Assembly: GCA_002633005.1 (NCBI GenBank)
Contig: NMRA01000929.1
Span: 32,210-96,209, forward strand
Direction: 5' to 3'
From: Phoronis australis
Taxonomy: Eukaryota > Animalia > Phoronida
DNA length: 64,000 nucleotides
Shown: one piece after another, positions 1-13,179 of the stretch
Layout: the number at the start of each line of letters is the position of its first letter
Numbering within the stretch: the stretch's first letter is position 1
The notes under the pieces: generated by a model
Database searches by the model: none
Told to the model about the DNA's origin: nothing
Seen by the model: only the letters and a program-made list of their open reading frames with translations
Translations under genes and position numbers: made by a program

Positions 1-345
1 TCCGGTTAATGATCTTCAAGTGAGCGGTTGTGTGCCGCTGTCGTCATCGAAGTTATCGCAAGGTAGTGTTGCACGCTAAGATTTTTTCAACGTTTCAATT
101 TGGAAATAATTACATGTGCTAAGTGACATTAAACTTATTTTTAAATCGATTGGTTACTATTAGAGCAAAATATAAGCAGCTATTAGTGAGGGCACTACCT
201 TGTAACAGTTGACGATAACAGTCGTGGCACCTGGCGATAACTTTGATTGGACCGGAGTTAAGCGTTCATACTGCATCGCAGTGTTGACGCTGTGGTCTTA
301 AATCCACCTGTTAACTGCAATGTTAACTGGAGCTGTTAATTGCGA
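1..345 (+). mobile_element. Partial copy of Harbinger/PIF-like MITE family D (cut by window edge, 3' end lost)
   Basis: Collinear with 52420-52760 and with the reverse complement of 11735-12065; shared blocks include GAAGTTATCGCAAGGTAG, CGTTCATACTGCA and TTAAATCCACCTGTT. Confidence 0.75.
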
Positions 346-1426
346 TTTGTTTTTGGACATTTTTGAGTGAAACTACATCATAATTAGAAAGCTCATGTTA
401 GCCTTAACGTGGGTGTGTTGGTGCATGTGAGTGTGTCCATGTGTGAGTGCGTACATGTGTGAGGATACATGTTTAACATGTCTGTTAAATAATACAGTGT
501 GTATCTATATAAAATGCATCGTTTGCGGAAACTCCGTCTCCCCACTCCACTACAGACCTTCGTTGCGCCCATTTCGGCACCGCACCGGCCATTTATTTAG
601 AATTGAGGTGTTCTGTTTTTTTCTAGAAGGGCATTTTTTCACGGATACAGAGGGAGGGTGGCCAGTTTCGTACTGGCCTTGGCGACGGCAGTCCATTGAC
701 TCAACAGCCTGGGTGACGTCAGTCCGTTGGCTTAATTTCACTCCTTCCGGCTTCCGTCACATATATACTACTTCGGGCCTGTCACCGCCAGAAATAATGA
801 TGTCATTAAACACTGAACTTTTCCTTGAGTAAACTTAAATATTTACCGATGTTGGAAAAATTGTTGTTCTATCGTTATTTTGCTGCTAAAATTGTGGTAG
901 GCTGTTTTGGGTCGGCTTTCGGTGCCATTGTGTCACCTACTGGCCAATTTCCCCGATTCTTCAATCTTCTGTTCCACAAGGTTGCGTACATATCATAACA
1001 ATCAGAACTGGTTTCATTTTGTTACAAGTTTTATTATCTTAGTACTAGCAAACCCAACTTGCTGCGAAGCAGTCATCATCCAGTCCCGAGAGATATCGCA
1101 AAATTTCAGTAGGGAATGGCAGTAGCGCGTGTCACGAGCGCATTGTTTTCAAAACGACGACAGACTTTTTGTTACAAAAGGCGAAGAATTACGCAAAAAT
1201 GATGTTTGTTAGATTGTTTTTTCACTTAATAGGCTGCAATGGGCAAGGTGAGTGTCGGCTGATACCCAAAGATTCTGCACGCACGCCTGCCGCTCGTTAG
1301 GTCTACATGTTGACATAAGTTTCATGACGAGGTGACAAGCTGAGCTACCCGGGTTGTGTGAAGTTTCGGTGCCTAACAGAGCTCAAGACACAGCTACCTG
1401 GCTGTAAGTTGACAATAGTCTTCATA

Positions 1427-2849
1427 TACCGTATTCGCCGTAATAACCGCCCATGCCCCTATAAGCGCCCTCCCCACGCGTTTTCAGACTTTGCTGAAAT
1501 AAGCGTCCAGTCCATGAACGTGTACATGCAAACAATGACGTACCTACAGTCCTAAAACTCGACTACAGTAACGTCTTCAATTTATCAAAAAATTTTTGCA
1601 CGGGTCTACTAGACCACCAGCGGCACTGCTACGTTTGTAATTAGCCGTGACTTTACACTTCAAAGTAACGCAGCGCTTCAAAAAGAACGCAACAGCGTTG
1701 CTACGCTCTCGCGACGATTGTGTCCCACTATGGTCTGACCTTTCAGTAGACACATGGACTGTCTCATAAATAAAAATAACTCGGTGTTAAAAGCACGGGG
1801 CCAGGAAGCACGCGCTACATACATGAACCTGTCATCAAAGACATTAGTCGGGAACTATCCATTCATGAAACGGGTATCGTAGCATTGATAAGAAATGAAT
1901 ATTGGCACTAATTTCTGACAATTTCTAATACTATAAAACATAATTGCGTTATTTTTGAGATGGATTGTTTGATTAACCATAATTGGTGTTTTAAGACGAA
2001 TATCCGATAAAATGACAACTGACAGTGAATGCTTACACACCCTTACACCGAAAAATAACTGTCAGATAGTTAAGTACGCATCCAGCTACACGGCGACTAA
2101 TATGGGACTTACCGAGACAAAGGTCGAAAGTTTTTAGCACGTCAGACCGGCAAGTGCTGAATGAAACACGCTCTGGTTTAGGCCTACTGCTTGTGCAAAT
2201 TTCTTTAGACACATCTAGCTAGTTAGATTGCGTGGCTCTGGCCAAAAGACGGTCTCTGCTTTGGCAAATGAACTCTGGTGACACGCACGCGCTCGCTTAC
2301 TCGCAGACAAACTTCAAAACAAACATCACCTGACAACAACATGTGTGTTCGTCCAGACATTTTTCTCGCCATGTTGCTGATCATACATGTAGATGGGACG
2401 ATGTTGCACAGATTTGTACTTAAACCTGCCGTTAATCCAGATTCCACGGCAACTTAAAAAGTCTTAGAGACGTTATTTATAAAACTTAATGAGAATTTCA
2501 GGTAATTTGCTTGAGTCGAAACCATTTTTATTCAAGCATTGAAGTCGCCATATCGAAGACGGCAATTTCGAGGCAGTCAGTCAGCGAGTTTTCGCCCTGG
2601 TATTTCAGCACAATTTTCTGTAAAATGATCGTAATTTAGCAGCAAAGTTTGATAGCAATGCACCACAGTTTTGTTGAAAGTCTTTCATTGTTTACATATA
2701 CGTCACAGAGCGTAAATTTGATGAATCTTAGCCTTCCGATTTCACCCGTTTCGGAGACCGGGTTTCAACCGCCTTGGGTTATAATAAGCGCCCCCCCCTG
2801 AACCGAACTTTTCTAAGCGCCCTGGGCGGTTATTACAACGAAAACGGTA
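1427..2849. mobile_element. Non-autonomous TA-flanked TIR element, family A (Tc1/mariner-pogo-like)
   Basis: Ends TA|CCGTATTCGCCGTAATAACCGCCCA and TGGGCGGTTATTACAACGAAAACGG|TA. Subterminal TAAGCGCCC repeats. Full-length paralog at 15335-16755. No transposase ORF. Confidence 0.85.
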
Positions 2850-3103
2850 GCTAGCTGGATTTCTACCTTTAGCATGTACAGTTATGTGACTTTTATATAT
2901 ACATTGTATACTTTGTGTACAATAGCAGTATTTTTAAAACTTCCTTAGTTTTCACTTTAAAGAATAGCTGATTACCGTACATTATGTTACGGCAGGGACA
3001 AATGTTTTGGAAAGAAAAACTATGTTTACTGCCTCAGGGGAAAGAATCCCACAGCCGCACCCCTTTCTAAATCTGACAGAAATTCTTATTGAAGCTTTAA
3101 AAT

Positions 3104-4768
3104 ACAAGAGCAACGTGGAGTGTTGAAATGTGCCCACGAATGCATTGCAAATGGTGTGCTTTTAGGGTTATTTATTTGTATCATAAAAATGGCCACTAGA
3201 TGGCGCAAAAACATACAATCAATCCAAAAACATGAAAATGCCATATTTCATAAAACTCTGTCAAGGAACTTCAGAGAAACAAAGGAAAACATAAGAAAAT
3301 GAAATTGCCACTAGTGGGCACAGTGGATCCGCCTGAAAGTCGTCATCATCTGAGGTTATCTTCATATAAATACACTTACTAAATTAAATAAAGATCCTGC
3401 AGTGGGTTTAGGAAATACAACTATGGTGCAAAACAAAACTACCACTAGGTGGCGCCACAGTAGTCAGTCGCCATCATCAAAGGTCGTCTTCACACTGAGA
3501 ACATTTATGTCAATTTTCAAATGATTTGGTTTATACAGGGGTGGACGCCAAAACAAGATTTGAAAACAACAAAAATGGCCACTAGGTGGTGCCAAATACC
3601 TGGATTCCATCCAAAAACAGAAAGATAGCATCACCACACCAATAGATGCCTATATTTAAAATTTTATGAAAATCTGTTAAGGACCTTTGAAGATAGCGCC
3701 AAACGTAAAAACTAAAATTGCCACTAGGCAGCACAGCAGTAGTCAGATCTGTCGTCTTCCGTAGTCAACATCATATAAATACACTTGCTAAATTAAGTAA
3801 AGATCCTGCAAACAGTTTAGGAGACACAGCCATGAACGCAAAAAGAACAGCTACTAGGAGGCGTCCTAGTAGTCGAAGTCGTCAGAAAATCATCGTCAGC
3901 CGTCCACTTCATAGTATAAACGTACATATCGATTTTCACAATTATCCTGAAAACGGTTTGGTTGATAGATTAGTGGACGCCAAAAAACTCAAAAACAGTA
4001 AAAATGGCCACTAGATGGTGCAAACTAGGTCGAATTCATCTGAAAACGAAGAGATAGTGACACCTCATTAATAGATGCCCGTATGCCAAATTTTATGAAA
4101 ATACGATAAGGACCTTTGAAGACAGAGAGGTAAACGTAAAAAAATAAATTGCCACTAGGTGGCACACCAGTTGTCAGATCTCTCCGAAAGTCGTCGGTAC
4201 TTACTAAATTTCGTAAAGATCCTGCAAACAGTTTAGGAGATACAGCCATAGGCACAAAAAAAACTGCCAATAGGAGGCGCCACAATAGTCGAAATCGTCG
4301 GAAAATCATCATCAGACATCCTCTTCATAGTAGGAACACACATGCCAATTTTCACAATCATCTTTTGAGCGGAGTGGACTCAAAAATCTGACTCGAAAAC
4401 AGTAAAAATGGCCACTAGGTGGCACAAACTACGTCGAATCCATCTGAAAACAGGAGGATAGCGTCATGTCACTAATAGGTGCCAACATACTAAATTTTAT
4501 GAAAATCCTTTTGAAGATACAAAGGTAAGTGTAAAAAACTAAAATTGCCACTAGGGGACACACCAGTGTAGTCGGAACCGTCCGAAAGTTTGCTCACACC
4601 ATCCCATTTATAAATGGAACATATGTGCTAAATTTCATGAACATATGTCACAGGGTTTTGGAGATAGAGCAGCAGACGCCAGACGAACGCCTAACGGACG
4701 CTGGACGGACGCCGGACGGACGGAGATGACTGCATAATGCGTCCACATATAAATATGTGGGAGCATAA
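3104..4768 (-). mobile_element. Helentron/DINE-1(HINE)-like non-autonomous element, full length, with internal tandem array
   Basis: One end has ACAAGAG, the stem-loop CAACGTGGAGTGTTG and subTIR ATGTGCCCAC. The other end has a (GGAC)n microsatellite and the hairpin ATGCGTCCACAT..ATGTGGGAGCAT before an A-run. Internal ~135-bp repeats. This matches DINE-1/Helentron architecture. Confidence 0.75.
3185..4565 (+). repeat. Tandem array of 11 ~135-bp monomers in a three-monomer higher-order repeat, each with a CTCF-like motif (CCACTAGRTGGC)
   Basis: Motifs at about 3192, 3307, 3441, 3578, 3720, 3850, 4007, 4151, 4266, 4411 and 4547, all in the same orientation. Contexts cycle AAATGGCCACTAG / AAATTGCCACTAG / AACTACCACTAG-type. 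Confidence 0.85.
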
Positions 4769-4946
4769 AAACGGTCTCTTGCGATGAACACTAATGTTCA
4801 CTTGAAGGTGTAGCCACTTTCCCTCGGCATTTCCCATAAGCCGCTTAAGCTTAGAAGTGTATTGATGGTGGACATAGTTACAGGAGAAGCAGCTTCACTA
4901 ACTGTCTGTATGTTGAGTTAGTGTCTAAATTCATATTCTTGTAATA

Positions 4947-5021
4947 ATCTTGACAGTGCAGCAGTATCTTGACAGTGCAGCAGTATCTTGACAGTGCAGC
5001 AGTATCTTGACATTGCAGCAG
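4947..5021. repeat. 19-bp tandem repeat, about 4 copies
   Basis: (ATCTTGACAGTGCAGCAGT)n read directly. Confidence 0.9.
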
Positions 5022-5199
5022 GTGAGTGGGTGTTGCCGTGATTGTTAAGTATTCAAGTAATAGTAGTCGCAAAATGTCACAAATTTTCCGAAGAGATTTT
5101 GTAAACGAGAATTTATAAATAGTCTGTTGTTTTAGCTGTGATAGGAAATCATGGAAAATGATTTGAACGTAATGTGGAAGTTGATTGTGTAAAAACATG

Positions 5200-7060
5200 C
5201 AATACATTTTCAAGCAAGATATATATTAAGAATATCTTCAACCAGAGGTATTGTTTGAAATTTGTATGGGCGAACTAGTGTGAATTGGTGATTATTCTTG
5301 AAGCCCATTTCTGAAGAAGTTTACCTGCTGTCATTCTTGAAGCCCATAGTAAGTAAAATGTTATGAGAGCAAATCAAGGCAGGTGATTCTTGAGTTCACT
5401 AAGTACACTACAACAGGATCAGCTGTTCCCAAATGTTATTCCCACAACTTAAATGTTTTTACAAAATGTGGGTTTTGATTATATATAGTAAGCTTTGGAA
5501 TTAATTTTCCACTTATTTTTTCAGAGGGAAGTAGAATGCCATCAACATCTACTTAGTTTTGGTGACATTTAGCAACAGTTTGTTGATTGATAACCATGTG
5601 AATACGTCTGATAGCTTATTATTGATTTCAGTTTTGTTCATTAGTTTTTTAAGACCAAGCAGTATGTGTAAGACAGGTGTCATCAGCATACATAAGGGTT
5701 TCAAGAGAAGTAGATTTGTGGAAGTTGTTTATATAAATAAGAAAAAGGAAGTGATGAAGAATAGGTCCTTGGGTACACCTGACTGTTGATGGTTGACTAT
5801 TGGGAAGGGAATTCCTTTCGATTCACAATGTGCCAACCCCATTCAAATTTCACTGCCTTCTTTGGGGTGTATTAAGATCACTCTGTGGTGGTGTACATGA
5901 GTCAAGTCGCCCCATTGTGTTGCTCAGACAAGTTACACAATAGAGGTTGGGGCATATCAACAAAATAACAGCAGTTGCAATGCGCATTATTTCTATTTTT
6001 TCTGTTGGAGTTGCCCATGAAACAATGAACAAGTTCAATTTTCACAGATGGATCTAGGTTTTATGGTCTGCAGCTTCTAAAACGGCCGGGAAAGATTGTT
6101 GCCATGAACAGGCAGTCATCTCTGACACCGGCCATACCTGATCCTAAATCCGCGAACAAAAAAGCTAGTCATAAAAGTCCAAGTGTTGTGTAATCTCACA
6201 AGTATTCATAGTTACTGATTGGGAAATAAGAGGTAGTGCCTAAGGTCGTTAAAGAAGAGGCAGTATAGACTAGAATGAGAGGTGCCCGCTTTTTTGTTCG
6301 AGGTCGTGGGTTCGAGTCCCACTGGATCACACTGCAACCCTTGAGTCAGGTTTCTGGCTTCTCAGCTCAGTTTTAATTATATATTAAAAGCATAAAAATG
6401 GTTCCAGGTGATCAGTGTGATGGGCCCACAAATGCAACCTACGCACGTCTGGTACAAACCGCATGCAATTATTTTGTATCATAAGGTGGTTAAATAATTT
6501 ATGAAAAATAAATGTTCAATTTCGTAAATTAAAAGTTTGTCTAGCATGACACAATGGCCTCCTGTATCAAAGGTTGAAAGGTCTAAAAAGATATGGTAGT
6601 TGGGTTTATGGTCTTGCCTAGATGTCCATTAATTGTGTCATTTAGTTCGAGAGTTTCAAATTCTGTAGACCGTAATTTTTGAAAACCACACTGACGTTCA
6701 AATAACTGATTGTTTGTAGAGGTAGTCATCAAGTTGGTCATGAGTAATTTGTTCACACAGTTTTAAGAAGGCAAGAAGTGAAGAAAAAGACATGTAGTTG
6801 TTTATATTGTGTTTAAGTTAAGCCATTTTTGTTTATAGGCCTAATTTTCAAATCAGATGTAAAATTATCTGTGTTAAAACACTGATTGAAGGTAATTTGT
6901 GATTTTGCAATGACCAGAATGATCAACTTGATGAGTTTGGTAGAAATGCTATCAAATCCTACGCTAGATTTTAATTCGATGTTGCCCAAGGCCTATAAAA
7001 CATTAATTTCAATTATATAATAAATAGCCAAAGAGTACACAACTTCATTTTCCTGAAATG
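5200..7060 (-). mobile_element. Highly degenerate CR1/L2-type LINE ORF2 remnant, interrupted by a SINE
   Basis: Minus strand near 5780-5730 gives a frameshifted SGVP(Q)G..LFLIYIN RT motif; near 6970-6930 it gives KSS.GFDSISTKLIKL. Many stops. Boundaries approximate. Confidence 0.5.
6257..6470 (+). mobile_element. tRNA-derived SINE
   Basis: GAGGCAGT head and B-box GGTTCGAGTCCC (6309-6320). Body CCCTTGAGTC..AAAGCA.AAAAATGGTT is shared with 48812-49000. Confidence 0.65.
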
Positions 7061-8339
7061 TTTCGAGGTGCACAAATGATAACACAGTGGGTATCCTCAC
7101 GTTTAGGTGTAAGCCGCAAGTAAAAGATTACACCCTGAATTCAGTTCTTTGTGGCAAACTAAAGAAGGATAAAGTTATATAAACAAATGATACCGTGCCT
7201 GCCGATAGGTCACAAATAATCAATTTTTGAAATGGCACACGTTTAAACAAGATTTTTAATCTCAACCTCCTCATTTCCAAAAAGTAGGCCTTCTCTGCAT
7301 CCACAGCTCTCATGACGTTTCTCCCATTAAGCACTGTGCAAAATGTGAATTTTTACACAAAATTAGTCTCTAAATTGGTCACCTTTTTGTCCGAGCCCAC
7401 TCTCTAAACGAGTATGTATTCCAATTTTTCGGGCAGCACACCTCGTCCAAAAGTACTTCTGTTATAAGATGCACTGAGTGGTGTACTTATACCGAAAACA
7501 GTGCCAGATACTAAAACACTTTGTTTGGATTTCATGAGCATGCGAAACTGCCCGCATGTTTTCATATGGAAAAATGAGTACATACTTGCACTTTTAAACG
7601 AATATGAATTAGAAATATGGATGAATAATCAACCATCATACATTCATCAAATCCATGTTAAGATTGCATCAAAGCGCGACTGACAAGTTTGTTTTTGCTT
7701 TTGTTTTTGTTTTTTCTTTAAAAATAGAAGTGGCAGGAATTCTCCTAACTTTAACAGTCGATAAATAACAGAAAACATAAAGCCTGGCCATCAGGCCCGT
7801 CGTGGCTGGTCGGATTGACTCGTTATCCCCTCCAGTGGCTCGGAAACTGATCAGACATCACGAACATAAACCAGCCAAAGTTCAGTGGAAACTAAACTTC
7901 CAGTCAAGAAAAAACTATACTAGTGAGCCAAAGTAATGTGCACCTGATTATGTTGGTGAATTAGCCACGAAACTGCAAATCTATTTACTCGTCAGGAGCC
8001 GCGAATTCACTGAGGTTCCGCTTTGGCCACAGCACCGTCAGGGCAGAAGTTGTACATTGACAATCATTATTTGAGTAATGTAAATGTAAATAAAGATTCC
8101 CCAAACACCTGGCCGTGGTATGGAAACTGAGTTGTTGCACAACAGTTTCTGCCAGCAAACACTAAATTAGCAAGAGCTCACAGGGCCTAGGTGTCCCGTC
8201 AATTAGTTTTAATGCACCTAAAGCCTGTAACGCAGTGATTTATTTATTGCTGGCTACTCAAATCATTTACACTCACGAACACTCCAAATGCATTACAAAT
8301 TGCATCTAATGAGACAGGCTTTGTTTCAGTTTTATATAA

Positions 8340-8959
8340 GTATTGGTTAGGGTGAGAATAATTCACTTTGAAACAGAACGCTCAGTAATAAACGTCAACA
8401 CGGCATCTCGCAATCCCCAGGCCGACTTGGACGAGCTAGCGCTCATCAGTACCGACTTCACAGGTGGATCGTTATGTTTTACAGGCTATCAATTCGAACA
8501 GGAATACATTGATGAAGAAATATTAGAGAGCGCCGTCAGTGAACAAGCTCAGACACTGAACGGAACGTATGGAGTTATTTCGTAAGCCGGCATTCGTCAG
8601 GCAATGTCGACGTCTGCAGCCCACAGACATGGAGATGTTTCACGGCCTCTTACTTGCTATTTACATTATTCACTACCATGAGCCACTTCCTAAGCATTTC
8701 GGACTCTCGAGGAAGTAAAAAAAATGTTATACCCACTTTCCTCTAAGCTGCTTAGTTCGGACAAGCGGGAACGATGCACCGCAACATAACGGCATTCACT
8801 CTGCATATGAACCACTGACGTCACTAGGGTCGTTTCTCACCTTCCTCACAGGTTAACGCGACACCTCTTGGCAAGGTAAGGTCAACCTTATGCGAGGCGA
8901 TGTGGATATAGACCGATTAAGACGGCAAAAAAACTAATTAAATCGGGTGGCATCCTCCT
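8340..8959 (+). mobile_element. Kolobok-like transposon remnant (one terminus)
   Basis: Ends CGGGTGGCATCCTCCT|TTAA (AGG terminus, TTAA target 8960-8963). ORF 8343-8585 contains GYQFEQEY, resembling the (P/G)YxFEP motif of Kolobok accessory proteins. Left boundary unknown. Confidence 0.5.
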
Positions 8960-9809
8960 TTAAGTAAAGATCCTGCAAACGGTTGATAGATTAGTGGACG
9001 CCAAAAAACTCGAAAACGGCAAAAGCGTCCACTAGGTGGCGAAAACTAGGTCGAATTCATCTGAAAACGGAGAGATAGCGACATCTTATTAATAGATGCC
9101 TATATGCCAAATTTTATGAAAATACGATGAGGACCTTTGAAGATACAGAGGTAAACGTAAAAAATAAAATTGCCACTAGGTGGCACACCAGTTGTCAGAT
9201 CTGTCCGAAAGTCACCTTCGTCTGTTGTTAACATCATATAAATATACTTACTGAATTTCGTAAAGATCCTGCGAACGGTTTAGGAGATACAGCCATAGGC
9301 GCAAAAAAAACAAAACTGCCACTAAGGAGGCGCCACAGTAATTGAAATCATCGGAAAATCATCAGACGTCCTCTTCATAGTAAGAACATGCAAGCCAATT
9401 TTCACAATCATCCTTTGAGAGGTTTGGTTGAAGACTCGAAAACAGTAAAAACGGCCACTAGGTGGCGCAAACTACGTTGAATCTATCCGAAAACAGGAGG
9501 ATAATGTCATCTCACTAATAGGTGCCTACACACCAAATTTCATGAAAATCCGTTAAGGACTTTTGAAGATACAAAGGTAAGCGTAAAAAATAAAATTGCC
9601 ACTAGGGGGCACACCGGTAGTTGGCTCCGTAAGAAAGTTCGCTCATGCTGTCCTATTCATGAATGGAACATATGTGCCAAATTTCATGATTGTATGTCAA
9701 AAGGTTTTGGAGATAGAGCAGCGGACGCTGGACGCCGAACGGACGGACGCTGGACAGACGGACGGAGATGACAGCATAATGCGTCCACATGTAAATATGT
9801 GGGCGCATA
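8960..9809 (-). mobile_element. Second, partial copy of the Helentron-like element, with 5 CTCF-like motifs
   Basis: Collinear with ~3960-4768. Motifs at about 9029, 9172, 9318, 9454 and 9598. (GGAC)n and the terminal hairpin ATGCGTCCACAT..ATGTGGGCGCAT are present. Confidence 0.85.
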
Positions 9810-9829
9810 GCAATTACTCTACAAGCACT

Positions 9830-10500
9830 TAACAATTTCATAACAGAATCAATAGGAGATTGTGTGAAAAGCAATTTGACTACCCATGTATGTTATTAAA
9901 TGCATTGAGCTGGTGGAAACGAGTCTTGCATCAGTGCCATGATAGCAAAGCTGGGAACAAGGGAAAAGAACACAGATGTGACCAAAGGTCCCCAAATTTG
10001 GCATGATGATACCACATGTCATAGAGAAGGATGACCAAGTTTGAGGCATTCTCTTTTTGACAAAACAGGTAATAACACTACTTTACAAATATCTATTACA
10101 ATTGATGGTGGGTATGGGAATATTATGATATGGTATTGGAACATCATTGACTTTCAAAGGCTCATGTTGAGCATGTGATATGCTAATATTGCATCAAACC
10201 CATTCCCAAGATATACGTAGAGGTTATTGTATAGCCGAGGCACCCTAATGCTAATGCCTCGTTACAGTTATATCACATTTATTAGCTTTCTCAGCTTATG
10301 GTTGTTGATTAGATGTACCTAATGACCAGCTTCATCCAAATTTGTGTAACATTAGACACCATGTCAATGGATGACATCAAAATGCTATAATATCGAAATG
10401 CAACGAAGTTTCAATGCACAAAACAACAGCAAAATATTCATTTCTTTATAGCTAGAACCTCATTTAATTCTAGCTGAATCTTAATTAACAACATCACGTT
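9830..10500 (-). mobile_element. Possible very old non-LTR RT fragment
   Basis: Faint minus-strand motifs: DLGNGFD (like DLxKAFD) near 10200 and LCYHGTD (like LxYADD) near 9935. Confidence 0.25.
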
Positions 10501-11655
10501 AAGAGTTGCTCTATGCACTAGGTCAAAAAAGCAACAAAATATCTTGCAAGTCCATTCACCAATACAGGCTTTCAAGCAAATTCAGGTAACAAAAACTGCA
10601 AAAAACAAGACTATTTTTTTACAAAAAGTAAGAAAAAGTAGGGTCTGCGAGGAAAAAAGTCAGAAAACTAAGTCAAGAACAGATCTTCGGGCAGTTTTCC
10701 TTGACAATGACCAGAGACAGCACAGCCCATAGCAGTCAGTACCGTACCATAGGCAGCCCCCCCCTTGGCTGCCGCAAAAAATAAAACAGCAAGAGCGTAG
10801 GGAAGTGTTGAGTTTATTAATTAACCCCAATAATTAAAATTATGAGGCTGAAACAAGATTTAAATGAGTGCAGTTTTAGTGTTTGGGGGAGGGGGGGGGG
10901 CTCAGATCCAATTTCAAGTGTCAAATTCAGAACACGGCGCAATCGTAACGGAACTATGGCTAAGTATAGGCTCACCCGCGATATCTCAGGCGACCGGCAG
11001 TGGCGCTGGGCACTACCGCTCTGTTTCCGTCGTCTGCTTCACTGTGCAATGAAGAAAATTCATTGAAGAAAATGGAATCTGAGTGATGGTGAAAAAACAG
11101 AAGCTGCTGGTAAGATGTGAATTTTAATCAAAGCCTTAGTGAATCACTCAGAAACTCATAATTCTCTCAATGTCAAACTCCCCTCCAGACTTCCCCCATT
11201 GGGTACTATGCGGATCTACAATGTTTACAGACAAAATGTTGGGCCCCCCTTGTGATATCCTAGATCCGCCACTGCGTACTCAGATATTCTAAGGTCAAAT
11301 ATTATTCATCTCCAATTTGGAAAGGTTGTTAGGGTTGTTAACTCCTACCCTAACATTTTGAGTTTTGTTACCCCAAGGAATGAGCGAGACTGTGACTAAC
11401 CCGCCCTAATCGATTTACAAATCAATTCACGCTGGTGAAGGCAACCTATTTGCCAATTTCTCCTATGCATCAATTTTAAAAATAAGAAAACAATCATGTT
11501 GGACGTTTGCCTTTAAGTTACTTATTGTTCGTTTATTGAACTTTGAAAGAAACTGGTACACTAAACAGGCACTCTTGGTTTACCACTGCACTTATCTCAT
11601 CCAATACACATTCGGCCAAGTCCATGAGTAGACAATAAAGCTCACTTCATCTGTG

Positions 11656-12084
11656 GGGCTTTTCATACTGACGTTGATACGTGGATGGTTTAGGGAGTTG
11701 CGGTCAGTATGAACGCTTAACTCCGGTCCTGGATTGCAGTTAACAGCTCCAGTAAACATTACAGTTAACAGGTGGATTTAATAGCGCAGCGTCGAAGCTG
11801 TGGTGCAGTATGAACGCTTAACTTTGGTCCAATCGAAGTTATCGCCAGATGCCACTGTTATCGTCAACAGTTAAAGGTAGGGCCATCACTAAAAGCTGCT
11901 TACATTTTGTTCTAATAATAATCAGTCGATTTAAGAATAAGTTTAATGCCACATGAAAATGTTTCCAAATTAAAACATTGAAAAAATCTTAGCGTGCAAC
12001 GCTACCTTGCGATAACTTCCATGACGACAGCAGCACCAACCGCTATACTTGGATGTTCATTAACTACCGAAGCCAGTATGGGCC
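11656..12084 (-). mobile_element. Harbinger/PIF-like MITE family D
   Basis: Ends GGGCTTTTCATACTG and CAGTATGGGCC, with internal CAGTATGAACGC repeats. Reverse complement of 52395-52834. Confidence 0.8.
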
Positions 12085-12127
12085 TTGTGACTGACTAGCT
12101 CACTTAAATCTGTGGTGGTTGGTATAA

Positions 12128-12290
12128 GTCGCATCCCACTACAAGTGAAACTTTGCTTTTACCAAAGTTTTGGTAAGTGGAAAAGGTTAACTCCGGGAGT
12201 TAATCTGTTAAACTTCGCTTAAAATAGTTACAGGATTTAAAAGCAAAGCTTTGGTACTCACCGAAGGTTCGAAGTAGTGGGAATACTAAA
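12128..12290. mobile_element. Small fold-back MITE
   Basis: Inverted ends ATCCCACTAC / GTAGTGGGAAT and internal inverted TACCAAAG / CTTTGGTA. Confidence 0.5.
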
Positions 12291-12334
12291 AACGAAGCCG
12301 ACCTACTCTTGTTAATTTGCGCGTTTTACTGTCC

Positions 12335-12680
12335 GAGGTACAAACCCTGGACTCCATGATGTCCTGAGATTAACATGAATCTGGACAAGGACACTGGTAC
12401 CCTGTGGCAACCTGTCTGTGGCGACTAAAAACATCCTCCATCAATTTTGAAAAGTGACGAGCCAGTTGAATCAGATTTGGTAGCGTTCCTAGGAGTAGCC
12501 TGGACAAGAATACAGGACCCACAGTCTGATACAACGCGCCTGGAACCTCATTGTGTTTTTGACCAAGGGTTCCATATCGAGCTTCCACAGCACCTAATGT
12601 CTTCTTGTCCATGTCACCACCTTCATGTGATAGTTTCGAGACAAAAAAGAAGCTTGATCTTCAACTAGAGATCAAGCTTT
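12335..12680 (+). repeat. Interspersed repeat family C (unclassified)
   Basis: Collinear with 44355-44865 (GAGGTACAA.CCCTGGACTCCATG through GAGACAAAAAAGAA). This copy lacks the 145-bp insertion seen in the other. Confidence 0.75.
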
Positions 12681-13179
12681 TTGTATAACCTTAAGATGGC
12701 TTTAGGAGCATTTTAGTTGCAAGTGTATTTCATTGTGTTTGATTTGAAAGAGATGACTGTTACATTATTAATTATTATTGTTCTGTTATTACATGTATAT
12801 ACCCCAGGTGGCCAGATGCACTACCTACAGCAAGAGTAAATAATTTTGGGAAATATTATCATAGATTTCCGAATAAAAGTTCAGGAGACAAAAAGTCAGA
12901 TGTAGCAATACGCCCGGTCCTATACTCAGCAATGCCAAATACGCGAACGCACGTATAAATACCGTGACTGTAGCTCGTTCTAAATATATCCTAGTGAGAA
13001 TAGCACTGTTTTTAGATTTCAACCATGCACTTTTGTTCTCAGATATGCATCCCAGGTATATTTTTGGGAAAAAATATAAGATACGCAAACTGGGCATATA
13101 TTCTGCTGGACAGCATCCCAAGAATTAGTGGCACTAAATCGACACTGGTGTGCAACAAGAAATTAGTAGTGACTCAGAG

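Noticed and set aside
431-832. 133-aa ORF and the many other 60-140 aa ORFs lying inside repeats (e.g. 3718, 4149, 19963, 27202, 45639)
   Set aside because: No domain motifs, mostly GTG/TTG starts, and frames are not consistently preserved between paralogous repeat copies.
3185-4565. Regularly spaced conserved motif resembling a CRISPR repeat-spacer array
   Set aside because: The intervening sequences are homologous to each other with a three-monomer period, the spacing is ~135 bp, there are no cas genes, and the context is a eukaryotic transposon.
11430-11516. Possible miniature Kolobok (GAAGGCAACCT ... TTTGCCTTTAA)
   Set aside because: Only short similarity to the 60583 TIR, and the two ends are not convincingly inverted.
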